NCBI RefSeq assembly: GCF_009914755.1
Contig: NC_060931.1
Strand: one strand, 5' to 3'
DNA length: 64,000 bases
Origin: the human T2T-CHM13v2.0 reference genome, Homo sapiens
Part shown: positions 41,718 to 53,339 of the stretch, piece by piece
Position numbering within the stretch: position 1 is the first letter of the stretch
Layout: each line of letters begins with the position of its first letter
The notes under the pieces: generated by a model
Database searches by the model: none
What the model was told of the DNA's origin: nothing
Seen by the model: the letters and a program-made list of their open reading frames with translations, nothing else
Made by a program: the position numbers and the translations under genes

Positions 41718-42734
41718 ATGGGGAAAAAACAGAACAGAAAAACGGGAAACTCTAAAAATCAGAGCGCCTCTCCTCCTCCAAAGGAATGCAGCTCCTCACC
41801 AGCAATGGAACAAAGCTGGACGGAGAATGACTTTGAAGAGCTGAGAGAAGAAGGCTTCAGACGATCAAATTACTCTGAGCTACGGGAGGACATTCAAACC
41901 AAAGGCAAAGAAGTCGAAAACTTTGAAAAAAATATAGAAGAATGTACAACTATAACAACCAATACAGAGAAGTGCTTAAAGGAGCTGATGGAGCTGAAAA
42001 CCAAGGCTCGAGAACTACGTGAAGAATGCAGAAGCCTCAGGAGCCGATGTGATCAAGTGGAAGAAAGGGTATCAGCAATGGAAGATGAAATGAATGAAAT
42101 GAAGGGAGAAGGAAAGTTTAGAGAAAAAAGAATAAAAAGAAACGAGCAAAGCCTCCAAGAAATATGGGACTATGTGAAAAGACCAAATCTACGTCTGATT
42201 GGTGTACCAGAAAGTGATGGGGAGAATGGAACCAAGTTGGAAAACACTCTGCAGGATATCATCCAGGAGAATTTCCCCAATCTAGCAAGGCAGGCCAACG
42301 TTCAGATTCAGGAAATACAGAGAACGCCACAAAGATACTCCTCGAGAAGAGCAACTCCAAGACACATAATTGTCAGATTCACCAAAGTTGAAATGAAGGA
42401 AAAAATGTTAAGGGCAGCCAGAGAGAAAGGTCGGGTTACCCTCAAAGGGAAGCCCATGAGACTAACAGTGGATCTCTCGGCAGAAACCCTACAAGCCAGA
42501 AGAGAGTGGGGGCCAATATTCAACATTCTTAAAGAAAAGAATTTTCAACCCAGAATTTCATATCCAGCCAAACTAAGCTTCATAAGTGAAGGAGAAATAA
42601 AATACTTTACAGACAAGCAAATGCTGAGAGATTTTGTCACCACCAGGCCTGCCCTAAAAGAGCTCCTGAAGGAAGCGCTAAACATGGAAAGGAACAACCG
42701 GTACCAGCCGCTGCAAAATCATGCCAAAATGTAA
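41718..42734 (+). CDS. ORF1: LINE-1 ORF1p, full length 338 aa (RNA-binding nucleic-acid chaperone)
   Basis: MGKKQNRK...LQNHAKM; REKG, ARR and YPAKLS motifs intact. Confidence 0.97.
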   Translation: MGKKQNRKTGNSKNQSASPPPKECSSSPAMEQSWTENDFEELREEGFRRSNYSELREDIQTKGKEVENFEKNIEECTTITTNTEKCLKELMELKTKARELREECRSLRSRCDQVEERVSAMEDEMNEMKGEGKFREKRIKRNEQSLQEIWDYVKRPNLRLIGVPESDGENGTKLENTLQDIIQENFPNLARQANVQIQEIQRTPQRYSSRRATPRHIIVRFTKVEMKEKMLRAAREKGRVTLKGKPMRLTVDLSAETLQARREWGPIFNILKEKNFQPRISYPAKLSFISEGEIKYFTDKQMLRDFVTTRPALKELLKEALNMERNNRYQPLQNHAKM

Positions 42735-42797
42735 AGACCATCAAGACTAGGAAGAAACTGCATCAACTAACGAGCAAAATAACCAGCTAACCTCATA

Positions 42798-43100
42798 ATG
42801 ACAGGATCAAATTCACACATAACACTATTAACTTTAAATGTAAATGGACTAAATGCTCCAATTAAAAGACACAGACTGGCAAATTGGATAAAGAGTCAAG
42901 AACCATCAGTGTGCTGTATTCAGGAAACCCATCTCATGTGCAGAGACACACATAGGCTCAAAATAAAAGGATGGAGGAAGACCTACCAAGCAAATGGAAA
43001 ACAAAAAAAGGCAGGGGTTGCAATCCTAGTCTCTGATAAAACAGACTTTAAACCAAGAGACAAACTTAGGCACATTAAATTTTTTAAAGAGTTTATTTGA
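42798..43100 (+). pseudogene. ORF2: Truncated L1 ORF2: 86 aa of endonuclease plus 14 aa read into TSD/LTR
   Basis: MTGSNSHIT...SDKTDFKP then RDKLRHIKFFKEFI*; lacks the rest of EN, RT and C domain. Confidence 0.93.
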
Positions 43101-44574
43101 GCAAACAGCGATTCATAAATCCGCCAGTGCCAGATCACTAGCAATTCAGGGCTCCACAGAGGTGCTGTGAAGGGAAAATTGTATAAGATGTTCTGGCAAG
43201 CAAGACAGAGAAAATATTTGATTAAAGTGGAAAGTCCCTAGTTAGAGGTTTCTGGCAGTTTCTGATTGGTTAACCCTGTTTTGCTGTCCTAGGCTGTGAC
43301 CCTTCACTTTGAGTTGGGTTTCACTTTGCTGATGTAGGTACTCAAGGTTCTGGAGCTGACTCAGGCTAATGGCCTCCCAATTAATTTTTGTAAAACAACT
43401 TTCAGCAAAATTCTTCAGAGGGAGGATGGGTTCAAAAATGCCCCAAGATTCATCTTGGCTACACACAGAGTGGTAACCAGTATTTACCTCCTTACTCAGG
43501 GATCATCTCACTTGTCATTTTGCAAGAGAAGAGGAAGAAAGAATAACCTGCTACTCTTCTAAACTCTACTTGGAAAATTGCAGGAATTTTATCAGCCATC
43601 CGTGAGCACAAGAAGATATAAGCAAAAGCCACACAGAGAGAAGACCTGTTCTAGACTCTTATCAGCCAAACACAATGCCCAAGAAACAGCTAGAAGGTTT
43701 CATTTAACCAGAGAAGAGCTCCTGCTTTGAAATGTTTTCAAAGTTTCCATGACAAAATATTCTTTCACAGTCTCTGCTTCAGTGAGCTGCTTTGTATTTC
43801 TAGCGCAGCTAAGCAATTAAAAGAAGATGAATTGATGTATTCCGGCATGTGTGATAACAAATGGCATACTTAAGGTGACAAGGTTTTCTGTGTTAACTGG
43901 CTTTGCAGTCACTTGCAAGTTTTTGAAAAATACTCCCTTTTATCGGAAGTTTTTCCCTTCTTAATCTCAGCTTAAAGGCTATTTTTTCTCAAAGCAAATT
44001 GGAGGAGGACTTTTGAAGTCATCTTTGATGGGACAAAATATATGTACATATTCTCTCTGTGCAAAGGAATTGCTGCTTTTCTTATGACAGCTTAAAATTG
44101 ATAAAGTTTTAAGCATCAAGACATTCACCATTACAAAAGATGCTCATGTGTCTATGAATGATGAGACTTCCACAGGAAACCAAGGTGGTCCATTTAAATT
44201 GCTACTCTATGGCTCCTGTTGGCAGTAATGTTCATGTAAACTGGAGAGGCTCTCCAAAGATCTTGAACTCAGGACATTTTTGGATCTAGACTATTCTTAG
44301 GGACAGGAAATAATGGGAATTTAGATACCATTTTGATTGCAAGTTGATGGAAAGTTGGCATGTAAGCCTTTTAAATTTAATCTTCAGTTCTCATTAAGTC
44401 TGTTTTATTTTCTCTTTTTTTTGTGTTTTTGTTTTGAAAATTAACCTACCCTGGACTTCAGTTAGGATCTCTCTAGTTATATGAACTTATGTTTATTAAA
44501 TCTGATCATTAGAATCCTAGGAAATACTACCCTCCTGCTTGGCTTACGTACTATTTTGTAGCTTCAGAAAACAG

Positions 44575-45010
44575 GCCATGTGGTGTAAGGTAATATATAT
44601 CAACTTGGAGGAAAACAAACCTGGATTCAGATTCTGACTCTGCCACTTTTGACTCTGTGACCTTCAGCAAGTTACTTGACCTCATTTAGCTGGCAGTTAC
44701 AGATGTAAAAATGAGGACATGGGATTGACCACATTCTCTAAGGGTGGTAAGACGGCCCAGTGGTTAAAAACTTATCTTTGTGATCAGGTAGACCTGGATT
44801 TGATCAACCTCTTCCATTTCATAACTGTGAAATCTTGAGAATTTTATTTAATCTTTATAGGCTTGCTTATTATCTCAAACAAATTAAATTTTAAAGTGAA
44901 AGTAACTACCTTATAGGATTGCTGTGCTGGTAAACTCGTAAGGTTGCTTAGAGGGTTGCTTTTAATCCTTGGAGGATTAAAAGTCATATGCAAGTGCCTG
45001 ATAAAGACCA
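44575..45010 (+). mobile_element. Two adjacent MIR SINEs
   Basis: cctggattcagattctgactctgccact...gtgaccttcagcaagttactt, then a second head at ~44755 (gacctggatttga). Confidence 0.7.
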
Positions 45011-46514
45011 GTTCATATTGGCTGAGATCTCTTACCCTAAAAATATTATGTACCATTCTAAGGTCCTTGATAAAGATTCAAATCATAGAACATTGAATGG
45101 GTTTCAGATTACCTAATCTAAATTTCTGATTTTGTACATAAAAAACACTCCATGGAGAGACTAAGTGACATGCTCCAAATCCCACGCCAGTATCTCACAC
45201 TTGAGTCTTTACTATAACAGTAAGTATACGTGGCACATTCAACAAATATGCTGTTCATTCCAAGAAATTCCATATAGAGTATTTCACCTCCAAATCAGTG
45301 AACTCACCAAAACATTCTTCTTGTATGGGAACAAAGAGGTCCTTGTGATCACAATATTCTCCTTCCTACCTAAAATAGCAAACTTTCCATGAGTAACCAA
45401 TGAAATAGACAAAAAGAAGAGTTAAGACATTTAGCAAGACAGAGTGCTTTGTCTAGTCTGAATCCACCTCTGCCTTTCAGTAAGTGAAAAAAAAGTATCC
45501 GCAGACCACTCATCAGAGGTGTGGTGAAATTTTTATGTTGAATGCTTACATTTTGTATTCCAATTTTCATCCCCTCCACAGAAAATGTTTCCAATCTTCT
45601 CTATCCATAATTCTTTGATGAATTATTTTCGTTGTACTTTCCTGGGAACATTTTGTCCCTTGGTTCCATTTTAGACACTTCACTTCATTAGGCTAAACTA
45701 GTTTCCAATTGGAGAAAAGAGAAAATGTGAAAATTCAACCATAAAAACAAATACATATTACATAATTTTTACCTGGTGAAGTTACCTTGCTGAGTGTTTT
45801 GGCTAACTGGTGCCTTTAGATACAGTCAATCTTACTATCTGGTATACCTTTTGAAGAGGTTAGAGCATGTCCCAGCTCTTTAAAACTCTGAAGTGGGAAC
45901 ATTAAATGACAGAGTGCCTTCTAGTATGGATATGGCCTGCATGGCAAACACATCTTGCTATTTCACAGTTCCTTGCACAGTGTCTTTTAAAGATATCCCC
46001 TGTCTTCATTCTCCTCACTTTCCACCCTCTCCTTCTACAGTGGAAAAGAACCTTATGCAAAGGCATAGAGAACAAATACTGTATTGGATTTATCTACAAA
46101 GCATGTTGAGGCTGGAGCTGTAATGTTTACCCATATTCTACAATCTCCATCTGAATAAATAAAGTGGCATCGAGGGATAGGCTGCTCTACAGATAACGAG
46201 TTTTAAACTCATTCACCCTGAGAAATTTCAATTGATATAGTTTGCCTATTAAATGGATTTAAAATTGTATTGTCACTACACTGCTTTCTATGGCGATTTC
46301 TGCAGCTCCGTGGTTCCATGCCTCAATAGATGGTTTGATTGTATATATCTGCTGCTTTCTTCCTATGATTCTGTTCATAATGGTCTGTAATGTACGACCC
46401 TGCTATCCAGTTATAAAGCTGAACATAACCCCTTCTGTGCTTTTAACTAAGGAACTTATCTGTTTCTAGTGCTATTTTCCAAGAGTAAAAGTGGATATCC
46501 TTTTTGCTGAGGAC

Positions 46515-46602
46515 TTTTTCTCTCTCTCTCTTTCTTTCTTTCTCTCTCTCCCTCTCTTTCTTTTTTCCCTTCCTCCTTCCCTCCCTCCCTTCCATTTTTT
46601 CT
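46515..46602. repeat. Pyrimidine-rich (CT/CCTT) low-complexity tract
   Basis: Directly visible. Confidence 0.85.
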
Positions 46603-47469
46603 TTGATCTATGTCTCTTTCTTCGACAATGGGCTTGATGAATATTTCTGCTGAATTTTCGTGAAAAGAAGATAAGTTATCAATGCATTTTCTACTTGTTA
46701 ATGGCTTCAGTGGCCCATCATTTATTATCTGAGTGCTGTGTGCCCTGAATAGATGGTGGAGAAGATGAGGCAGCCTTTTACTTGGCAATCTGCCCCCCAA
46801 CTGTCAGGGAATAGCCTTGGATCTTTTATTGAAATCAAGGACTGTCCTGTGCTTCATGCTTCACTGGTTCCAGGAATGAGTCTGGGATTATATCCTGTCC
46901 CTCTGGAAACACAATCAGCTACATTTCCCTCAAATGCCTAGGTTTCACTTTCAGGCTCAATTATCTATAAAAAGAACTTCTACAGCAAAGAGATTTCACC
47001 ATAGAGAAATGATATTAAGTCAAATGGAATATTTAAAAAACCATATTCCAAACTGTCTCTGATAACGTAATATTAACTGAAGTCTGCAGTTGCAGAATAA
47101 AAGTAAAACAAAAACAAACCTGAATTCTGATGCTTTCTCAAAGGATAGATTGTTAAACTGCCTTGCTCGAGTTAGCCCCAGCGTTCTCTCTACAAAATCA
47201 TCCGTTTAACCACTCTCTCTGACTAAAATTCTTAAAAAATCAATATCAGCATTATCCATTTATTAAATTTGATGTTGACTCAAAATGACGAGGTGTAGAA
47301 CATCATTGAATTTTAAACTGACCTTGACATGTAGAAGAAATGGGCAGCTATAAACAGGGTGAACTGGCTTAATGTAGAGAGAAGGTGAGAGAGAAAGACT
47401 ATGCATGCATATACCAGCAGGGCAGAACAGCTGGTACATACACAGTAGAAAACAGGTCAGGAGACATAG

Positions 47470-47770
47470 GAGTCACTTCATTCCAGATTTGCCTTAAATG
47501 TTACCTCCTTAGAGAAAGCTTCTCTTTGACTACCCTATTAAATATAGAACCCTAAGTCACTCTCCATCCCTTAACTCAGCTTTATTTTTCACCATATATA
47601 TATATATAATCAAATATATTAAAATACGTGTATTTTTAAAATGTGGTTATTATCTGAATTTTTCCATTAGAATACAAGCTCAATGAAGGCAATAGCTTTG
47701 TTTAGTTCACTGCTGTAGCCTCCACACTTTGAGTAGCACCTGGCATTACATAAGCATTTGTTGAAGCGAT
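47470..47770 (+). mobile_element. L2 3' end
   Basis: ttaaatgttacctccttagagaa...agaatacaagctcaatgaaggc...gcatttgttgaa. Confidence 0.75.
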
Positions 47771-48139
47771 TAATAAAAAACGAAAATTATAAATTGATTA
47801 TGTTTCCTTGCAGCTGGATGGCTTAGCCTGAAGTATGGATTGCTAGTAATTCCCCCAGTCACTCAACATTTTTTAGGTTTTATATAAGAACTTTACTCTG
47901 GCACACAATGGTGTAATGTTAGAAACTTGGCACAGATCTTGTAAACATGGTCGAAAACTAGGTATTCTTCAGCATTTGCATGAATTTCCTATGGGGTCTA
48001 TTACATTTAGACAAGTTAAGGTGGATTATCTTAGGGAAATATTTCCTATATTTCCTCTTAGGGAGGAAAATGTAGCACAAGTGTGAGGTTTAATAGCACC
48101 TATTGAACATATGCAGAAATATCTAATATTTAATGACCG

Positions 48140-49065
48140 ATAATGGCTAACATTTCTAGAGTGACAGTGTTTTAACTAATTTACATTTATTAGCTCTCTT
48201 AATCCTCACAACAGCCACTTGAGGTAGATCTTATCATTAGCCCCTGCTACATAGTAATGGATTTGGCTGGACTTTCTCCCTGGTCCATGGAAACAAAGAA
48301 GCCTCTAAATCCTTAGATACTTCCTGAGTGATAGTGTCTTTGCTCTTCATGGTGGGTCCTGATAGATTATGCTAATGAGATGGCTCATGGTGGGTCCCTA
48401 GATAGTTTCAGGATGAGGGCTGACTATGCTGGAAAGACCGGCCATGTGATTAAAGGACTGACCCATACGATATCAGTCCAACCTCTTGGGAGGGAAGGCA
48501 GGCTAAAGGCTGAGTTCAATCACATGGTCAATGATTCTGTCAATCATGCCTATATAATTATATATGCCTCATTATATAATGAAACCCCAATAAAATCTGT
48601 GGACACTGAAGCTTGAGTGGGACTGGCATGTCGTGACCCCACAAGGAGAAGTCATGGAAGCTTTGCACAGAGATCCTCCCAGACCTTGCTCTGTGTGTCT
48701 TTTCTTTTTGCTGATTCTATTATAATAAAACTGTGAGAGTATAGCACATACCTGAGTTCTGGGAGTTGTTCCAGCAAATTATCAAACCTGGAGAGGTAGT
48801 GAAAGCCTCCAAACTTGAGGCCATTTGGTCAGAAGTGCAGGTGGCCTGGGAATCCCTGAGTTTGTGGCTAGTGTTTGAAGTGAGGCCAGTCTTGTGGAGG
48901 TCTGAGCCCTTGTTCTGTGAAATTTTACCTAACTCCACGTAATTAGTGTCAGAATTGCATTGTAGCCCCACTTTCCAGATGAAGAAACAGAGGCATGCAG
49001 AGGTCAAATAATTTGCCCAAAGTCTCACAGCTAGTAAAGTGGCAGCATCAGTAATCAAATCCAGG
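48140..49065 (-). mobile_element. MIR split by a MER21-like LTR
   Basis: aatcctcacaacagcc...tcattagcccc resumes as cactttccagatgaagaaacagaggc. Confidence 0.8.
48245..48964 (+). mobile_element. MER21C-like solo LTR
   Basis: Perfect 5-bp TSD gcccc (48240-48244 / 48965-48969); ccctagatagtttcaggatg and aatgaaaccccaataaaa motifs. Confidence 0.8.
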
Positions 49066-49069
49066 ATAT

Positions 49070-49590
49070 TGTAGGGGAGAAAAAAATATTTTTCTCTCTA
49101 CTCTTCAAAGTTCTTGGACCCTTGTAAGCTGGGGCCCCTATAACAAAAGACCTATTAACAAGAGAAAAACAAACAGCCATTTATTAACATGTGTGCTTCC
49201 TATATACCTGGGATAAAATTCAAGGAAAGAGTAACTCTGAGGTGGCTTGGAATTCAGGCTTAAATATCATCATCAGCTAAAGAAAAAATAAAAAGGATGT
49301 AGGGAAGGCCAGTTATGGGAAGGTAGCCAGAAAATGTGTATCAGCAAGAATGAGGTTTGGTCCTGTGATTTAGTCATTTTTTTTCTTCCTGGAAAGAAGA
49401 GAGGAGATCAGAGTGGAAGGTCATCCTTGAAAATGGAGATTTATTTTACAAATGTAAATTTACATTACAAAAGGGTAATTTCTAGTGTTTTCAGACCTTT
49501 TCCTGTGTCTGCTGTTTCTCAAAATCATCAGCTCGAAATAATCCTTAAGCAAAAGTGTCGTATTTTTAGGGTGGCATATCTGTTGCCTGT
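49070..49590 (-). mobile_element. MER34-family LTR
   Basis: Reverse complement starts ...agatatgccaccctaaaaatacg...aaggattatttcgagctgatgattttgag. Confidence 0.75.
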
Positions 49591-49715
49591 AGTCTGCCTG
49601 CAAAAGTTTTCTGCTCTTAATCATTAGGCAGTTCTCTGTCTCAATTGAAGAGCTCATTTCAGTTTTCAACAGATGTAGAATTATAATGAATCAGTTAGAA
49701 TTCATTAAGCTACTC

Positions 49716-49827
49716 ACACCTTGATTTTGAACTTCTGCCCTTCAGAACTGTGAGAGAACACATTTCTATTGTTTTAAGCCACACAGGTTGTGGTAATTTG
49801 TTACAACAGCCCTGGGAAACTAATACA
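49716..49827 (+). mobile_element. MLT1 (B/C-like) LTR 3' fragment
   Basis: cagaactgtgaga...ttttaagccac...ggaaactaataca. Confidence 0.8.
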
Positions 49828-50620
49828 GTATCTTAAGTTTAATATGACTAAAACAGAACTCTTGCTCTGCCCCCACCCAAAACCCACATCTCCACAGTCT
49901 TAGTTTCTCAGTAGGTGGTAATTTTATCCTTCCAGTTGCTAAAACGAAAATTTGAGGAGTCATTCTTGATCCTCTTTTCCTTATCTCCCACATCTAATGT
50001 TTTACAGACCTGTTGCTTTTATCTTCAAAACAGATCTGCCTTTTCCACCTCCATTTATTTGCAACTCCATGATTGCTACCTTGCTCACAGCCACCATCAT
50101 CTCTGGCCTGGACTACAGTAATACCTTTCTTACTGATCTGTCTCCTTAAGCTCTTGCCCCATTATGCCTAAAATAAAATCCAAACTTCTTACCCTGGCTT
50201 GCAAAACACTGCATACAGGGGTTCTTTTTGTTTCTCAAATAGAACAGCTCATTCTCATTCTCACCTTGGGCCTTTGCTCTAGTTGTTCCCTCTGCCTGGA
50301 ATGCACTTCCCTTTCAAGATGCAACCAGTTTCTTGTTAATTATATCTGAACTTCAGTGTTACCTTCCTTTGGACACCCTTTTCTGATCAGCTGGTTTAAC
50401 CAGCCTTCCTAGTAGTTACTCTCTGCTACAATAGCCTATTAACATTCTTTGCACTGTACTCGTCGTTACCTAACATTTTTCTTCATTTGTTCACCTATGC
50501 TCACTAGAATGCAAGCTCTGTGAGAATAGAGAACGTACTTACCTGGTTCACCACCACTTTGCCAATGCCTGAGCAGTCATTGGCATATAAGAGGAACTCA
50601 TAAATATTTGTTAAATGAAT
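49828..50620 (+). mobile_element. L2 3' region
   Basis: ggagtcattcttgatcctc...ccctctgcctggaatgcac...taaatatttgttaaatgaat. Confidence 0.8.
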
Positions 50621-51304
50621 AACTCCCATCCTCCCCATCCCTCACAACTATATGTGAAGAAATGATGACACAGGTTTTCAAGCATAGGTTCTGAAGTTTT
50701 GGGTGAATCAGCTAGAGAAGAGTGAACAATAACCTAACAGGCTCCCTTTTTTTGATAAGAGTCTTTTATACATTTTGGCTTTTCTTTTGGGTTTGTCAAG
50801 TTCTCCCTTCTATTGACATATACTGAACCCCCCCAACTGGGATGATTACATATCAAGAAAAAAATACATACTTCTTTCTCAAAAACGTGTATGGCACCTC
50901 TAACATTGTTAGTACTTGTGTGTGTGGGGAGGTTACTTATAAAAAGTAAATGAATAAATGTGCTCTTAATTAGCACCCCCAAGCAATTAAAACTGATTGA
51001 AGCATGACTAATTTAATCATTCTAAATCACCTACACAGTGAAAATAATTTTTACAGTTCACTTAAATTCAGAAATTTTAGAAACTTTGATTGTTATTAGA
51101 AAATAATAAAAACAAATCAATACATTTCTGATAAAGGACTACTTTCTAAAGAAGCACTTAACTATTGTCTTAACCCTCTCTCTTTAAAATATGAATTTCA
51201 ATTCAATATCTGTTTAACTCATACTTTTAGAAGTCAAATTTTAGATTGATATGAAAATGCTTGATAAATTCATACAATATTCGAATACAGGTAATATTCT
51301 AACA

Positions 51305-51641
51305 CCAAACTGCCTGTTTTGTATAGTCTGCGAGCTAAGAGTGTTTTCTACATTCTTAAATGTTTGAAACAAAATTCAAAGAAAGAATATTTTGAGACAC
51401 GTGAAAATTAAATGAAATTAAAATTAAAGTTAATTAAAATGAAATGAAATTAAGATTAAATTAAATTTCAGTGTTTATAAGTAAAGTGTTATTGAAACAG
51501 TCATGTTTATTTACTTATATATTGTCTATGGCTGCTTTCTCATTACAATCATAGGGTTAAGTAGTGGTGACAGAGACCATATAGCCCACAAAGCTTAGAT
51601 ATTTGTTATTGGGCTATTCGTAAAAAATTAGCTGACCCTTG
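51305..51641. mobile_element. MER58B-like hAT-Charlie element with an internal (AAATT)n expansion
   Basis: ctgcgagctaagagtg; tattgtctatggctgcttt; gctgacccttg end. Confidence 0.8.
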
Positions 51642-53065
51642 TCCTAAGATAGAAAAACCTTTGAATAATATTCTTATTGCTCTGTTTATCTTAATCATCT
51701 AATTAAAAGACAACAATGTGGTATTTTAAAATTCAAACCAGTATTTTCTTGTATCTAAGAACTGGTGCCATTCAGAGTAAGAACAGCAAAACAAACAGAG
51801 CTACATATACTTGTTATACATCAAATATTACAGCATATAACTATAGAACCTATTAGTTAAAATGGTCTTTCCTAGACTACGTGGAAATAGGAGACTGTCT
51901 TTGTTAAGGCATCTATTTATATTCAGATGCGGTGCTGTGACACAAAGAAGAATGAGGAAGTCCTTACTCTCTAGGAGTTCGTGATCAAGCAGAAGTTCAC
52001 ATTCTTATTTAATTCCCATGCAACTTAATGAGACACATCACTATTTTAGAAGTGAGGCAACAGAAATGCAGATATTTGCTTAACAGAAATGCAGAAATTT
52101 GTTTAAGACACCCTGAAAATATTTGAAATTCTTGTGTTTATTTTTCTGGATTCAAGTTAACATAGTAGTAAAATATAGAGCTACACTTTTACAAATGGTA
52201 TAGAAAGAAGGAAGAACCTAAGGACAGTCCACACCTGGCCAGTCCCTGTCAGAATGGATTCCTGGGCATGTTGTTTGTTTCAACATCTGATAGATTCCTA
52301 TGTATATTCCAGGTTTAACGTGGTTAAGGGCTAAGCACAGGAGGCAGGGAATGGGAGGGCAGTAGACTGCCTGTTTTCTAAAGAAGTGTGTCCTTTAGAA
52401 AATATATTTCAATGGATCGCAGACACCATACCAACTTTCCACTTTAAAAAAAATCTCAAAATAGACTCTGTGCAGCCCTGGAAAGTGTAACAACATAAGG
52501 GAAACAGCTGGGGGGCTGAGAGAAGCTCTGAAGTCTGACCTATCTCAGATATGGATGTGATGACCTACTTTCATTCCAGGTAGAGAATAAATTCAGATAA
52601 CCGTATATGCTGCCGTCCTGTGGAGCTCACATATGGCCTTACAGTAAATGGGCATGCTGCTGGAGCTCAGAGCAACCATGTTTATATTATAGATGCACTG
52701 ATAGTCATCTCTGTGGTCCCAACTGGAAAGGCAATTCAGAAGAATAAAGGTTTAGACTGTAGACTGTCATTGTGAGAAGAAAATGACTCCTCCCTCTGGC
52801 CTGAGCTATTTTTGTAACTAGGAAATTTAAGAGAAAATGAACAATATAGTCAGAAGAGCAGAGAAGGAGGAGCATAAACTCTTGCCCCACACCTCTGGGA
52901 ACCAGCTGATTCAGACCACTTTCCTCATAACACGCATGGACTTGCTTATTTTGCTCATTGATTCATTTAAACTTCAATATACACTTTTGTCCCCTAGGAT
53001 GGCAGATCCCAATTAGAACTGAAATGACTTTCTCAAATGAGATTTCCCAGAATCATATAAAAAAA

Positions 53066-53296
53066 AATATTACTGTTAACTATAGTCATCCACTATAGTT
53101 AAGAATATTATATAGATTTAAATGGCTAGAGGTGAGGTTATTGTATGTTTTCAACACAGACATGATAAATGTTTGAGATGATGGATATACTAATTATCCT
53201 GATCTGATCACTAAACATTATATGTATCAAATCATCACTATGTACACTGTAAATGTGTACAATGATTATTTGTCAGTTGAAAAATTAGAAAAATAG
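53066..53296 (+). mobile_element. Short L1MA-type 3'-end insertion with a fold-back 5' end
   Basis: atgataaatgtttgagatgatggatatactaattatcctgatctgatca motif and A-rich end. Confidence 0.75.
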
Positions 53297-53339
53297 CCCC
53301 CAGTAAAGTTCAATCTCAAAGAAAAAGCATATCCAAGAG

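Larger units (their letters stand above)
40803..43054 (+). mobile_element. Young L1 (L1PA2 or late L1PA3), 5'-complete, 3'-truncated, no poly(A), 16-bp TSD
   Basis: Starts GGGGGAGGAGCCAAGATGGC; lacks the 129-bp ZNF93-bound segment (gggtactccaacagacc junction at ~41585); TSD aagagataaacttagg (40773-40788) / aagagacaaacttagg (43055-43070). Confidence 0.95.
40769..43397 (-). mobile_element. MER93-like ERV1 solo LTR hosting the L1PA insertion 4 bp from its end
   Basis: TG(40769)...CA(43397); perfect 4-bp TSD actt (40765-40768 / 43398-43401); reverse complement starts tgtttt...aattaattgggaggccattagcctgag. Confidence 0.8.

Noticed and set aside
42962-43054. Premature polyadenylation as the cause of the L1 truncation
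   Set aside because: The nearest upstream AATAAA I see is ~87 nt before the end, and there is no A-tail before the TSD.
52059-52104. 23-bp tandem duplication (aacagaaatgcaga...)
   Set aside because: Two copies only, ordinary slippage; not an array or CRISPR.
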